A DNA stretch of 59,080 nucleotides from a virus. Positions 26,683 through 35,582 of the stretch are shown piece after piece. The notes under the pieces were generated by a model. That model had not been told where the DNA came from, made no database searches, and saw only the letters and a list, made by a program, of their open reading frames with translations. Each line of letters begins with the position of its first letter. Positions within the stretch are counted from its first letter, which is position 1. The DNA is taken from IMG/VR virus record IMGVR_UViG_3300025011_000007; one strand, 5' to 3'. The translations under genes were made by a program, and so were the position numbers.

Positions 26683-28941
26683 TTATCTTATAAGTAAACC
26701 GCTATAACCTTGAAGATTTGGTAATTGAGTTAATATATTTGGCGGCTCTCCTTCGACTGTAGCGTTAACATAGACTGCCACTCCCCTATCTTGGTAATGA
26801 AGTGGATAATTCAGTATTTTATCTAGGTCACTTCCAACTTTTACCGCTTTACCATGAATAAATGCACTAAAAGGGTGACTTCTACCATCTAAAATTTCAG
26901 AAAAAACCTTGTAATAAGTATCTTTAGTTTCTTCGTTGATTTTAATTACTTCGTTATGCCTTGCTTTGTTGAAAGCAGCGTTAATATTTGTCCTTACTAT
27001 TGTTCCAACTCTATTTTGAGTTATTGCAGGAGTTTGAATACTTCCTGCTGATTTAGCTAATTTATATGCTTCATCTAATTGCTGAATAATTTTCTTTTCA
27101 GAAGTTCCGCCCTGAATACCCATTAATAAGATTTGTTTAGTTTCAGCAAGATATTCTCCTGCGAGTTCTCCGGCTATTTCTTTAGATAAAGTTTGTATCC
27201 AAAGAAAATATTCAGGCTCAGGAAGTTCAGAAGCACTTATAGCAAAACTTTTCTTGATGTTTAATTCATCAAGTATGCTTGATTTACCTTCTTTGTATGC
27301 CTGTCCAAGTGTGAATTGAAGCAGCTTTTTGATATCGCCAACTAAAGAGCCTTGAATAGTTAATTTTTCTATTTCATCAAATCTTTTTTCAGTAATAATT
27401 TTTTTATTTACAATTTTATTGCTTATATCAATAAAGATTTTATAGGCTATGTCTGAGAATTCAGCAATTGCTTTATCTTCTTTGTCCATGAAAAAACTAT
27501 CTATTTTAGAAAAATTAACTTTTTTCTCTGCCGGGCTTAATTCTTCACCGTTGTATTTAGTTTTTGAAAAGACTTTTTTTTTAGGCTTTTCTTCGGGATT
27601 ATTTGGATCGGGATTAGGCAAGTTATTATCGGGCTGTGGCTTTGTTTCCAAAATTTCATCTTCATTTACAGCAGGATATTTTAACAAATCAAGAGTTTTA
27701 GCCTCACCTGATTTTGTAGGTCTTACCGCTCCTGCCTTTAATGCTTCGTTATAAAGTTTGATAATTTGCTCTATATCGTCATCATTAACCGGATTGAGTT
27801 TAAATTTTGGGTATTCATCTTGTAGACCATAATTGTAAATCACATAACGCTTGATTAATTGCTCGTTGACTGCTTCTTCAAGTTCTATATTGTCCTGATT
27901 AACCACCCATAAGAAAACATCAAACTGTGTACTTGCTTTTGCGTTGCTTCCGACTTTTGTATTTAAAAAACCAAGTTCAGAAGGTACTTTCATAGCTTTT
28001 GATATAGCGAAATCATATCTATCAAGAGCATTTTCAAACGCTTGCGCTCCACCTGTATCAAGTTGAACAATGTCATGAGCGAAATAATCAGGAATCATTA
28101 TCACGCCACCCTGATGTGTTTTTTTAGTCGTGAGAGCTATACCTTCAAGCTTCTTTCTCGTTTGCTCTTCTGTTAATCCAATGAATGCTTGAGCCGATGG
28201 ATCATATTTCATAATAATCGGCGGTATTCCAAATCTTTCAAGTAATAGATTATACAAAGACATTAATTTCTTTTTGTAAACCCAAGAAACATAGCCGGAT
28301 TTTAAGTCAGAAACTCCAAAATAATTAGAATTTTCCATATTATTGATATGCAAAATCATTTTTTCTTCAGGAAGATTTATTTCTTGTCCGTCAACTTCCT
28401 GCCTGATGCCCTCTTCAAGTAAATTGCCGTATTTATCAGGATAGAATTTTATTAACCTGCTATTTCTTGTTTTAATTCCTGCTATTTTAAGTTTTCCTTT
28501 TTCATTTTGCCAAAGAATTTCAGACAAAGAAAAACCGAAAACCTTTTTTTGTAGCTCGATTTGCTTTAAAGTTTGATAAAAACTGCCTTTGAGATTATTA
28601 AAATTAGCTTCAATTTCTTTTGCAATATCTTCTTTGCCTTCTACTGGCTGAATGGTCCAACCTTTTGCAAGCATAGCCTGAACTCTTACTTCAAGACATA
28701 CATTGACCTGTTCGTCATAACGCATAGAATCATAATCTGTTAACTTTGCTTCATCAGGATTTATACCCTGCATTAACGAATCGCCTGTTAAAAAAGCTAC
28801 AGAAACCTCTTGGCTTTTGTCTTCTATGGTTGAATTATTATTGCTTTTAGCAAAAAAGTTTTTAATTTGGTTTATCAAGGTTTTTTCCTTTTTGGAATTT
28901 TTATTTGTTATTGTGTAAAATTTAAATGTAAAACTTATCAA
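26683..28941 (-). CDS. Portal protein (DUF935/Mu gp29-like) fused to a Mu F-like head-morphogenesis domain. The likely start is TTG at 28878.
   Basis: 752-aa maximal ORF next to the terminase region. C-terminal RVGTIVRTNINAAFNKARH...ILDGRSHPFSAFIHG resembles Mu F/SPP1 gp7. SD aaagga lies 7 nt before the TTG at 28878. Confidence 0.75.
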   Translation of the reverse strand: MISFTFKFYTITNKNSKKEKTLINQIKNFFAKSNNNSTIEDKSQEVSVAFLTGDSLMQGINPDEAKLTDYDSMRYDEQVNVCLEVRVQAMLAKGWTIQPVEGKEDIAKEIEANFNNLKGSFYQTLKQIELQKKVFGFSLSEILWQNEKGKLKIAGIKTRNSRLIKFYPDKYGNLLEEGIRQEVDGQEINLPEEKMILHINNMENSNYFGVSDLKSGYVSWVYKKKLMSLYNLLLERFGIPPIIMKYDPSAQAFIGLTEEQTRKKLEGIALTTKKTHQGGVIMIPDYFAHDIVQLDTGGAQAFENALDRYDFAISKAMKVPSELGFLNTKVGSNAKASTQFDVFLWVVNQDNIELEEAVNEQLIKRYVIYNYGLQDEYPKFKLNPVNDDDIEQIIKLYNEALKAGAVRPTKSGEAKTLDLLKYPAVNEDEILETKPQPDNNLPNPDPNNPEEKPKKKVFSKTKYNGEELSPAEKKVNFSKIDSFFMDKEDKAIAEFSDIAYKIFIDISNKIVNKKIITEKRFDEIEKLTIQGSLVGDIKKLLQFTLGQAYKEGKSSILDELNIKKSFAISASELPEPEYFLWIQTLSKEIAGELAGEYLAETKQILLMGIQGGTSEKKIIQQLDEAYKLAKSAGSIQTPAITQNRVGTIVRTNINAAFNKARHNEVIKINEETKDTYYKVFSEILDGRSHPFSAFIHGKAVKVGSDLDKILNYPLHYQDRGVAVYVNATVEGEPPNILTQLPNLQGYSGLLIR

Positions 28942-28956
28942 ATAGGTTGAAATTGT

Positions 28957-29115
28957 ATGGAAAATGAGAAAGATACAAAAACTGTCGTTATTAGGTACGA
29001 AACATGGGAACGCATAAACAAAATTTGCAATAAATATAAAATGGAAGAAGATGCTGTTGTTGCTGTTGCAATTAGTGATTTATATCTTGAACTTATAGCC
29101 AAAATGGATGATTAA
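28957..29115 (+). CDS. Counter-oriented 52-aa RHH-like protein (insert 5)
   Basis: MENEKDTKTVVIRYETWERINKICNKYKMEEDAVVAVAISDLYLELIAKMDD has a beta-strand plus two-helix pattern. Not in the ORF track (<60 aa). Confidence 0.45.
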   Translation: MENEKDTKTVVIRYETWERINKICNKYKMEEDAVVAVAISDLYLELIAKMDD

Positions 29116-29118
29116 AAA

Positions 29119-29202
29119 TTAGGCACAAAAAAGGCACTTAACGAAAAAACAGGGCATTACTGCTCTGCAAGATCATCAAGTGCCTAATTCTTGATTGTGC
29201 CT
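29119..29202. promoter_or_regulatory. Four copies of an AGGCAC motif, two direct and two inverted (nested inverted repeat)
   Basis: aggcaca 29121-29127, aggcactt 29132-29139, aagtgcct 29178-29185, tgtgcct 29196-29202. Confidence 0.45.
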
Positions 29203-29213
29203 TTATGTATTTT

Positions 29214-29270
29214 AACCAGTCAGGCGATAAGGCGGTCGCTTTTCGGGAGCTAACCTAGACTGGTTTTTAA
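29214..29270 (+). terminator. Long hairpin plus T-run, terminator for the plus-strand insert
   Basis: aaccagtc (29214-29221) / gactggtt (29258-29265), followed by ttttt. The loop is GC-rich and contains an inner gcga/tcgc stem. Confidence 0.45.
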
Positions 29271-29271
29271 A

Positions 29272-29577
29272 TTATCCTAAATATTTACTGGGGATGCCAT
29301 GTAAAATCCTGTCAGCATAATTATTTTCCATTTGTAAGCGTCTTTTTTCTCTTGTTTCTTCTCTTCTTTGTTTATTTTTTACATTATGACGATTAGTTTG
29401 CTCTGATTGCCATTTGTAATACTCGGCAACATCAATAAATATTTTTCTACGGACCCTCTTAATGCATTTATCGAAGCCGGTGATGTCAGAATAAAATATC
29501 AAACTTCTAACGCCACCAATGTTTCCATATATTTTTTCTGCAAACTCTTTAACCGTCATTTGTTTTTTGTCTTCCAT
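29272..29577 (-). CDS. Small basic DNA-binding-like protein (excisionase/HTH_17-like N-terminus)
   Basis: MTVKEFAEKIYGNIGGVRSLIFY... followed by a basic tail KNKQRREETREKRR. Confidence 0.4.
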   Translation of the reverse strand: MEDKKQMTVKEFAEKIYGNIGGVRSLIFYSDITGFDKCIKRVRRKIFIDVAEYYKWQSEQTNRHNVKNKQRREETREKRRLQMENNYADRILHGIPSKYLG

Positions 29578-29611
29578 AATAATTACCGCCTTTCGTAATT
29601 TGTCTTATTTT

Positions 29612-30199
29612 TTATAATTTACCAATTGCCTTATATGGTAAAAAACTTAATAACAATGATTCATCAGGGTTGCATCTGTATATATCAGCGTAGTTTCTTA
29701 ACTGTTTTATGTTTTGTCTTAATTCAAGTAAATCTTCTTGTCTTTTTTCATGCTTCAAAGGGCTGTAATAATGACCTTGATTCCAGTTAAAATCAACGCC
29801 GATAAGATAAATTTCTTTTGCTCCCTGTAAAATAGCGTAATTTATAGCAGGAATAGCTGAACTTTTGTGTCCGTATAATTTACCGCATTCTTCAAGGATA
29901 ATCGTTGTTGAATGTTCAAATAAATAATGGGTTTCTAGCTCAAAGAAGGGCTCTTTTTTGAGTAATGATTCACCTTGAAGAAAATTAACCGACTTTGCGT
30001 TAAGTATAAGTTTTTCAGAACAATTATTATTTTTTATCCACCGAATTGTATCGGAGTCAAAAGCGCATCTATGTGTTGTTTTGCCTTTATCAAACCTGTT
30101 AATTGAAATACTCAAATCATAATTATAAATAAAAGAAAAATCTTCTATTTCATTGATAAAAGGGCTACACCCTAAAATCAAGCATTTTTTTAATTTCAA
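29612..30199 (-). CDS. DUF115/MptE-like or CstII (GT42)-like nucleotide-dependent transferase-fold protein. TTG start abuts the terL stop.
   Basis: CLILGCSPFINEIEDF...DLSISINRF parallels 'IIAGNGPSL..ID....D.fRcNqF'. EIYLIGVDFNWNQGHYY parallels 'IYL.GiDFY'. Confidence 0.4.
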   Translation of the reverse strand: MKLKKCLILGCSPFINEIEDFSFIYNYDLSISINRFDKGKTTHRCAFDSDTIRWIKNNNCSEKLILNAKSVNFLQGESLLKKEPFFELETHYLFEHSTTIILEECGKLYGHKSSAIPAINYAILQGAKEIYLIGVDFNWNQGHYYSPLKHEKRQEDLLELRQNIKQLRNYADIYRCNPDESLLLSFLPYKAIGKL

Positions 30200-31570
30200 T
30201 TAAGCACCAACAATATAATTCTCCGGATTTTCAATCTGAACTCCTTTAGCTGCAATCTCCGCAAAAGCCCTACTTGAAGCATCAACCATATCTTTTTTCG
30301 CGATTACAGGAAATCCTTCAAGTTGCGAAAAATACATTTCGTTCCAAGGCGCTCTTAAGACCTCAATATTTCCAGCTTGCCATTGTGCAGCAAAAGGTTC
30401 TGCTCTTGTTACCTTATCGCCTGACTCTAAGCTTGTTTTTACACTAAATCCCAAAAGAAGTTTTACATAAGATTGCGCCTGTTCTTTTCCTGCTTGTCCG
30501 GGATCCTGAGGAATACTTATTTTCACATAGGCGCTATCATTTTTAGCTGTATTTAGTATGGTTTCTCTGACTTTAGCCGCCTTATATTGCTCATTAATAA
30601 CGTCCATAATGACAATATTGCCATTCTTACGTCTTCCCATTTTTATGCCTGCCGTATAATCAGGATTTGGGTTTGCTTCATTTGGTTCTGATGCCGCTAA
30701 ATCCCATGCTCTTACTGTAAAATCTATATCTTTTGGTAAAAAATCAATCAGCTCTACTTCATGGCGTTTAAAGTACATGCCGGAGCTTGGTTTTACTTTC
30801 CAGTTGCCTTTTTCAAGTCTTTCATTTTCAACTCTCGAAAGAGCTTTTAAGTTAGACAAATAACCTGGATCTGATTCAAGAAGAATTTTATTATCAAAAA
30901 TTGAAGCAGATATAAAAGTAAAACTTTTTATCTCATCAGGATTAATTTTTAATCTTTCTGAAAGTTCTTCTCTGGAATCGCTCCATATTATTTGGTCTTC
31001 TTGTCTGGTAAAATATCTTATTACACCGCTACGCTCTGGTATTGCATAGCCAGTGTCTTGATCTATCCACCAAGATATTAATTCAGCCACCCAGCTTTCA
31101 GCATCAGGGTTTGTTGTTGCTCTAACATAAGGTTTAATCCCGCAAGTTGAACGATTTCGAGAAAGCATATAAAAGAACTGAGTTTTAGTAAAATGGGTAA
31201 GTTCATCAAACGCTATCAGCGGAATTTGTGAACCTTGCCATCCCAGAACATCTCTGTCAAGCTGCAAATGAGAGAATGTAATCTTTGCGCCTGATTCAAA
31301 TATCATTTGCATTTTAGGCTGATTTCTTGGCTTTGCGCCTAACAATGGATAAATACCCATTGCTGTATCCCAAAGACCGCCTTCATTAGTAATTTGAACT
31401 GACTCACGCCTAAATACCACAGAACCAAACGCAGGATTATTAATATGTCTTAGGTTTTCAAGCAGTAAAGCGTATGTTTTACCGCCCCCTGCTGCGCCTC
31501 CGTATATTGCGATATCCGCCGATGTCGACAAGAAAACTTCTTGCGGTCCGGCTTGCGGTCTTATATTCAT
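30200..31570 (-). CDS. terL: Terminase large subunit
   Basis: Walker A YGGAAGGGKTY, Walker B-like LIAFDELTHF, and a C-terminal nuclease region (RAWDLAAS...DMVDASSRAF). Confidence 0.9.
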   Translation of the reverse strand: MNIRPQAGPQEVFLSTSADIAIYGGAAGGGKTYALLLENLRHINNPAFGSVVFRRESVQITNEGGLWDTAMGIYPLLGAKPRNQPKMQMIFESGAKITFSHLQLDRDVLGWQGSQIPLIAFDELTHFTKTQFFYMLSRNRSTCGIKPYVRATTNPDAESWVAELISWWIDQDTGYAIPERSGVIRYFTRQEDQIIWSDSREELSERLKINPDEIKSFTFISASIFDNKILLESDPGYLSNLKALSRVENERLEKGNWKVKPSSGMYFKRHEVELIDFLPKDIDFTVRAWDLAASEPNEANPNPDYTAGIKMGRRKNGNIVIMDVINEQYKAAKVRETILNTAKNDSAYVKISIPQDPGQAGKEQAQSYVKLLLGFSVKTSLESGDKVTRAEPFAAQWQAGNIEVLRAPWNEMYFSQLEGFPVIAKKDMVDASSRAFAEIAAKGVQIENPENYIVGA

Positions 31571-32184
31571 ACATTTTTAGCATCTCTATTATTATCTGGG
31601 ATATAAATATTAATATGGCTTATTTCGTGGTCAACTTTGCCCGATTGTTTACTGTTTTCAGTACTTAAGCCTTCATTAAGTCGTGAAGTAGTATTGGCAG
31701 ATTTAACGCTCTCAACACCTTGCCTTACTTTTTCTATTTGGATCAAGGGAACTTCTGCGACTTCAACAGTTTTACACATAATAGGCTTGCCCTTTTCATC
31801 AAAAATAACCTTTCCTTCTGTATCAAGGTAAGGTTTTGTTGTTTCAACTAAGCAACGTTTATAATCTCCATTCTCGAAATATTCTTTTACGGCTTTTAAA
31901 GAAAGGTCATTTATTTCAAGAATTTGTTGATTTCTACTTGCTATTTGTTCGGCGTTTTTTTCGGCTAATTGTTCAATTTTTTCTTCAACTTTTTTCTCTG
32001 TTTTTTCAGCAAGTTTTCCGCAAAAATCCCGTCGTTTTTCCACCCATTTATTTTCGCTTGAATACTTTTCTAACGTACGTTCGGGAACTTTATATTTCAC
32101 CGCTAATTTTGCAATTGATATTTTTTTTACAGAAGTAATGTAATCTCTTTCAATTTTTTTGAAATCTACTTCTTTTTTAGCCAT
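31567..32184 (-). CDS. terS: Terminase small subunit (start taken at MAKKEV, 32184)
   Basis: N-terminal HTH-like ISIAKLAVKYKVPERTLEKYSSENKWVEKR. A 4-nt overlap with terL. Confidence 0.6.
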   Translation of the reverse strand: MAKKEVDFKKIERDYITSVKKISIAKLAVKYKVPERTLEKYSSENKWVEKRRDFCGKLAEKTEKKVEEKIEQLAEKNAEQIASRNQQILEINDLSLKAVKEYFENGDYKRCLVETTKPYLDTEGKVIFDEKGKPIMCKTVEVAEVPLIQIEKVRQGVESVKSANTTSRLNEGLSTENSKQSGKVDHEISHINIYIPDNNRDAKNV

Positions 32185-32295
32185 AATAAACCTTTTTAAT
32201 ATTTCATTATCTCGAGATATTTTTATATCCACTCGGCGAGAGAATAGCATTTTATTCAAATATAGCTTGAAAGTTATTTTTGTTTGTTTTTATAA

Positions 32296-32646
32296 TTATA
32301 ACCCTGTGTGATCTTGTCTTTGAGATTTACGTCTGCTTTGTAATTCAATTATTTTAAGCCTGTAAAGTTCTGCAAAATCCCTATAATTCTTGTAAAGACA
32401 TTCGTTTATACTGTAAATGTTGCTTAAGTTTTCAACTTCTTTTTGTATTTCTGGGGTTTTTAATAATAATTGGATTTTATTTTCAAAACTTGCTGAGGAT
32501 TTATCAATATATTGAGCCATTAAAATAGTTAATCTTGCTCTCGCTCTCCCAAACTCTTCTCTGTATTGAGCTTTTAAAACAATATTTTCTGCCATTGTTT
32601 CAAGAAAACTGTCAATATCCTTTTCAAAATTAGGCAAGATAAACAA
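32296..32646 (-). CDS. Hypothetical protein (start uncertain, possibly TTG at 32637)
   Basis: 116-aa ORF upstream of terS. Confidence 0.5.
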   Translation of the reverse strand: MFILPNFEKDIDSFLETMAENIVLKAQYREEFGRARARLTILMAQYIDKSSASFENKIQLLLKTPEIQKEVENLSNIYSINECLYKNYRDFAELYRLKIIELQSRRKSQRQDHTGL

Positions 32647-32743
32647 CCTCTTTTAAGTCAATCTTCTTAAACATCCACCCCTTATAAGAATTTGCCTTCT
32701 TCTTATTCAGGGCATAATTGACAGAACAAGAAATTTCGGTCAC

Positions 32744-33073
32744 TTATGTTTCCTTGTCTGTATAAACCACTTCTTCAAGTGCTATGCCCCAGCGCTTTTT
32801 AAAATTTAATGTTCTTGAATTAATATCGTAATTCATATCAGCTGGCATTAATATTAGTTTTTGGAGTTTTATAAGTCCTTCTCTTTTTTCAGGATGCTTT
32901 TTAAGATATTTCTTCTCAATAAAATGATGAAACTGCCATTGAGTACCGGGGAAATTTAAAATCGTATCTTTTTTTATAGGATCAATCTTTTTTGATTCAG
33001 GATTATAGAAAAATAGCGGAAATTTATCTGTATCGTTCATAAAATTTCTGGCAAAATCATTAAAAATAAGCAA
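32744..33073 (-). CDS. Hypothetical protein
   Basis: 109-aa ORF. No family recognised. Confidence 0.5.
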   Translation of the reverse strand: MLIFNDFARNFMNDTDKFPLFFYNPESKKIDPIKKDTILNFPGTQWQFHHFIEKKYLKKHPEKREGLIKLQKLILMPADMNYDINSRTLNFKKRWGIALEEVVYTDKET

Positions 33074-33107
33074 AAAAGATAAAAAGAACTTATGAATATT
33101 TCCATTT

Positions 33108-33413
33108 TTAAATCGCTTCCCTTATTTTTTTGAATATTAATTCTGAATAATGTTTTTTAAAGCCACGCATTGCTTTTAAATATGCTTTTAGTTTGATTCT
33201 TCTGAATTTTGGTTTTAGCCAGTCTTTTAAATCACTATCAGCTTTTTCATTATTACAAGGAGCGCAAGCACAAACTATATTAGATAAAGCTCCTTTGCCT
33301 CCTTTTGATTTTGGTTTTAAATGATCAATTGTTTTTTGTTCATAATAAAAAAATGGATGTCCGCAATAAGCACAAAATTGAGAATATTTTTTCAACTCTC
33401 TGCTTAATTTCAA
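33108..33413 (-). CDS. HNH endonuclease (terminase-associated type)
   Basis: CAYCGHPF...IDHLKPKSKGGKGALSNIVCACAPCNNEKAD. TTG start with SD aaggaga. Confidence 0.85.
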   Translation of the reverse strand: MKLSRELKKYSQFCAYCGHPFFYYEQKTIDHLKPKSKGGKGALSNIVCACAPCNNEKADSDLKDWLKPKFRRIKLKAYLKAMRGFKKHYSELIFKKIREAI

Positions 33414-33551
33414 AACAAGCTCTCCTTTAATAAACGCAGGGGCAATTTTAGCATCGTTGATAGGCTCGCCCCTGACTATTTAGACTAAAGTTTCGCGACT
33501 TTAAATTATTCAACAAATAAATTACATCTTATAAGTTTTATGCTGTAAAAT

Positions 33552-34211
33552 TCAATTTAAATTAAGGTTTAGATTAAAACATTCATTTTGATTTGTTTTA
33601 ATATCGATAATTTCGCTGTGAGTATCCTTTATACAATCAAAAATAAACTTTCCAATCTCAGGAACTACACAATTTCTTAAAATTTGTCTTTTATCGGATA
33701 TTTTAAATTCAGACAAATCAAAACCTAAATATTCCTGCAAGTCTGTTATTTGTGCTGACCTTAGTTTTGATTGTTTAAAATCTTTATCTATTATTTCAAA
33801 ATTAGCCCAGAATAAATGTCTTTGTAGTTCCTTAGTGGACTCTATGAGTGGCTTATAATAGGGCTTTACGTTCTCAACTACCCACTTGCCTTTAAAATTG
33901 TGCTGCAGAAATATTATTTCTTGATAAAGCCTCATATCCGCGTATTTTGGCTGTTGCCCTCTGCATTGCACTTGCAAAAATTGCCTCATGCGACTATGCG
34001 TTTGACAAGGCGGTGAAGCCCATATAAAATCAAATTCCTTGAAATGATTTAATAAATAATCGTGTGCGTCTGCGATTATTAAATTATCATCAGGAAAATT
34101 ATGCCTATAGATATTAGCAATATCAGGATTGTATTCAACTGCTGTCACTTCGCAATTTTCCCAGTTTTTTCTATTCCCGCCTATTCCAGAATATAAATTT
34201 AAAACTTTCAA
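33552..34211 (-). CDS. Unusually compact (219 aa) DNA cytosine-5 methyltransferase-like protein
   Basis: Motif I LYSGIGG, motif IV SPPCQTHS, motif VI VVENV and motif X-like RNCVVPEI. Very little room remains for a target-recognition domain. Confidence 0.65.
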   Translation of the reverse strand: MKVLNLYSGIGGNRKNWENCEVTAVEYNPDIANIYRHNFPDDNLIIADAHDYLLNHFKEFDFIWASPPCQTHSRMRQFLQVQCRGQQPKYADMRLYQEIIFLQHNFKGKWVVENVKPYYKPLIESTKELQRHLFWANFEIIDKDFKQSKLRSAQITDLQEYLGFDLSEFKISDKRQILRNCVVPEIGKFIFDCIKDTHSEIIDIKTNQNECFNLNLNLN

Positions 34212-34226
34212 ATTTTTAACCTTTAA

Positions 34227-34433
34227 TTAATGTGATAAAATATTTTTAGAAATTTTTTCAAGAGTTTGCTTTATGCTTGAAATACATCTTTCGCAAAGAT
34301 CAAGTTTTACAATATTATTGTCACCGCTTCCGGCAGCATCAGTGAATCTTTCAGAAGAAAATTTATAAGTATCTGAATTACTTGTTATTTCTTTTCCGCA
34401 GCCATCGCAAACTAATATATTTTTTAACACCAC
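34227..34433 (-). CDS. Small zinc-ribbon protein
   Basis: 68 aa with CDGC...CERC. Confidence 0.5.
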   Translation of the reverse strand: MVLKNILVCDGCGKEITSNSDTYKFSSERFTDAAGSGDNNIVKLDLCERCISSIKQTLEKISKNILSH

Positions 34434-34729
34434 TGAACCTCACCTTGTTTTATGAAAAAATGACTTTTGCAGCCATTCAGTTGCAATATTGAAGGACTAA
34501 AACTAATTAAATTGTTTTCTATTGAGGTATTCCAACTTGGAAATACTTTATGGTCATCAATACGCAAAACAATGTCAGCTCCACATCCACATGGACATTT
34601 AAACCAAGCAAATTGCTCTTTTAGTACATAGATTATTCCTGGCTTAATTAATGTTTTATCTTTAGGTAAAATAAAATCATCGTCAAGAAAATCTGAAACA
34701 TATTCAAAAGTATAATTATCTATTTTCAA
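34424..34729 (-). CDS. Small CPCGC-motif protein (DUF6527-like?), TTG start
   Basis: WFKCPCGCGADIVLRI...SFSPSI...C.SHFFI pattern. Family assignment is tentative. Confidence 0.4.
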   Translation of the reverse strand: MKIDNYTFEYVSDFLDDDFILPKDKTLIKPGIIYVLKEQFAWFKCPCGCGADIVLRIDDHKVFPSWNTSIENNLISFSPSILQLNGCKSHFFIKQGEVQWC

Positions 34730-35042
34730 TTTTTAACCCTTTTTAAAAACTATATCTTTTAGAAACAGTCCGATAATGTTTCTTTTGTACTTTTTAACGA
34801 TTTTTGGATTTCAGGATGTAATACCTTTCAAGAAAAATTAACTTGACCTTCCTGAGTCTTCTGCAAAATATATTTTTATAGATTTTTGTATTTTTCAAAA
34901 GCTTGAGTATATCCTCATAAAAATTTATTTCTGATATTGCAAAAATTTATTTTAGAGAAAATTCAGGCACAAAATTACTAAGAAAATTATTAAGAAAATG
35001 AAATTTATAGATAGAAACACATTAAAAGAAGTTTTTGTCATC

Positions 35043-35258
35043 TTATTCCCATAACCTCTTTATTTTTAACGATAATATTCTCATTAATGCTAGAGCTTCG
35101 GTATTTTTATTGTCTTTTAGCAAAGAAAAAATAAGGGAAAGAGTCTCTTTGTGTTCTTCTCTGTTTTTTTGTGGGATAAATTCTAAAATACTGTTCTTTT
35201 TGGGTTCGCGATGTATATATTTCTTTCCCGCCCTTAGTTTTTTAGATAAAATTATCAT
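35043..35258 (-). CDS. Hypothetical basic protein
   Basis: 71-aa ORF. No family recognised. Confidence 0.4.
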   Translation of the reverse strand: MIILSKKLRAGKKYIHREPKKNSILEFIPQKNREEHKETLSLIFSLLKDNKNTEALALMRILSLKIKRLWE

Positions 35259-35439
35259 TTTAATGTATTTTCTTGAAACTTGACGATTCCCATTCTTGCT
35301 TTATCGAAAGTAAATCGTTGTATCTTTCCTTGTCCGATTACTGCAAAGGGGGATTATTTATAACTTTAAAGGTAAGTCTGTCAAATTCTTCTGCTTGTTT
35401 TAAATTTAATTTTTCACACATATTGTTTCCAATCAAATC

Positions 35440-35481
35440 AAAAAATAAAATATAGGTTGCCGAAATATTACCGACAACCTA
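35440..35481 (-). terminator. Rho-independent terminator downstream of 35583..36059
   Basis: Minus RNA: agguugucgg-uaauauu-ucggcaaccu (one G-U), followed by AUAUUUUAUUUUUU. Confidence 0.6.
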
Positions 35482-35582
35482 TAGACATAGGGAGAGAGTT
35501 CCCATTAGGGGAGGAGTAAAAGAAAACCCTGATTTCTCAGGGGGTATGTGTCAAGTGTATTATATATTGCCGAACGGAAATT

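Noticed and set aside
35255-35421. Possible 55-aa gene split by a frameshift at a C5 tract (G5 on the plus strand, 35348-35352)
   Set aside because: As written, the ATG at 35421 gives only a 27-aa ORF (MCEKLNLKQAEEFDRLTFKVINNPPLQ). One extra C would fuse it to a frame ending in ATGA overlap with 35043..35258. I cannot distinguish a homopolymer assembly error, a pseudogene or slippage from sequence alone, so it is not called as a feature.
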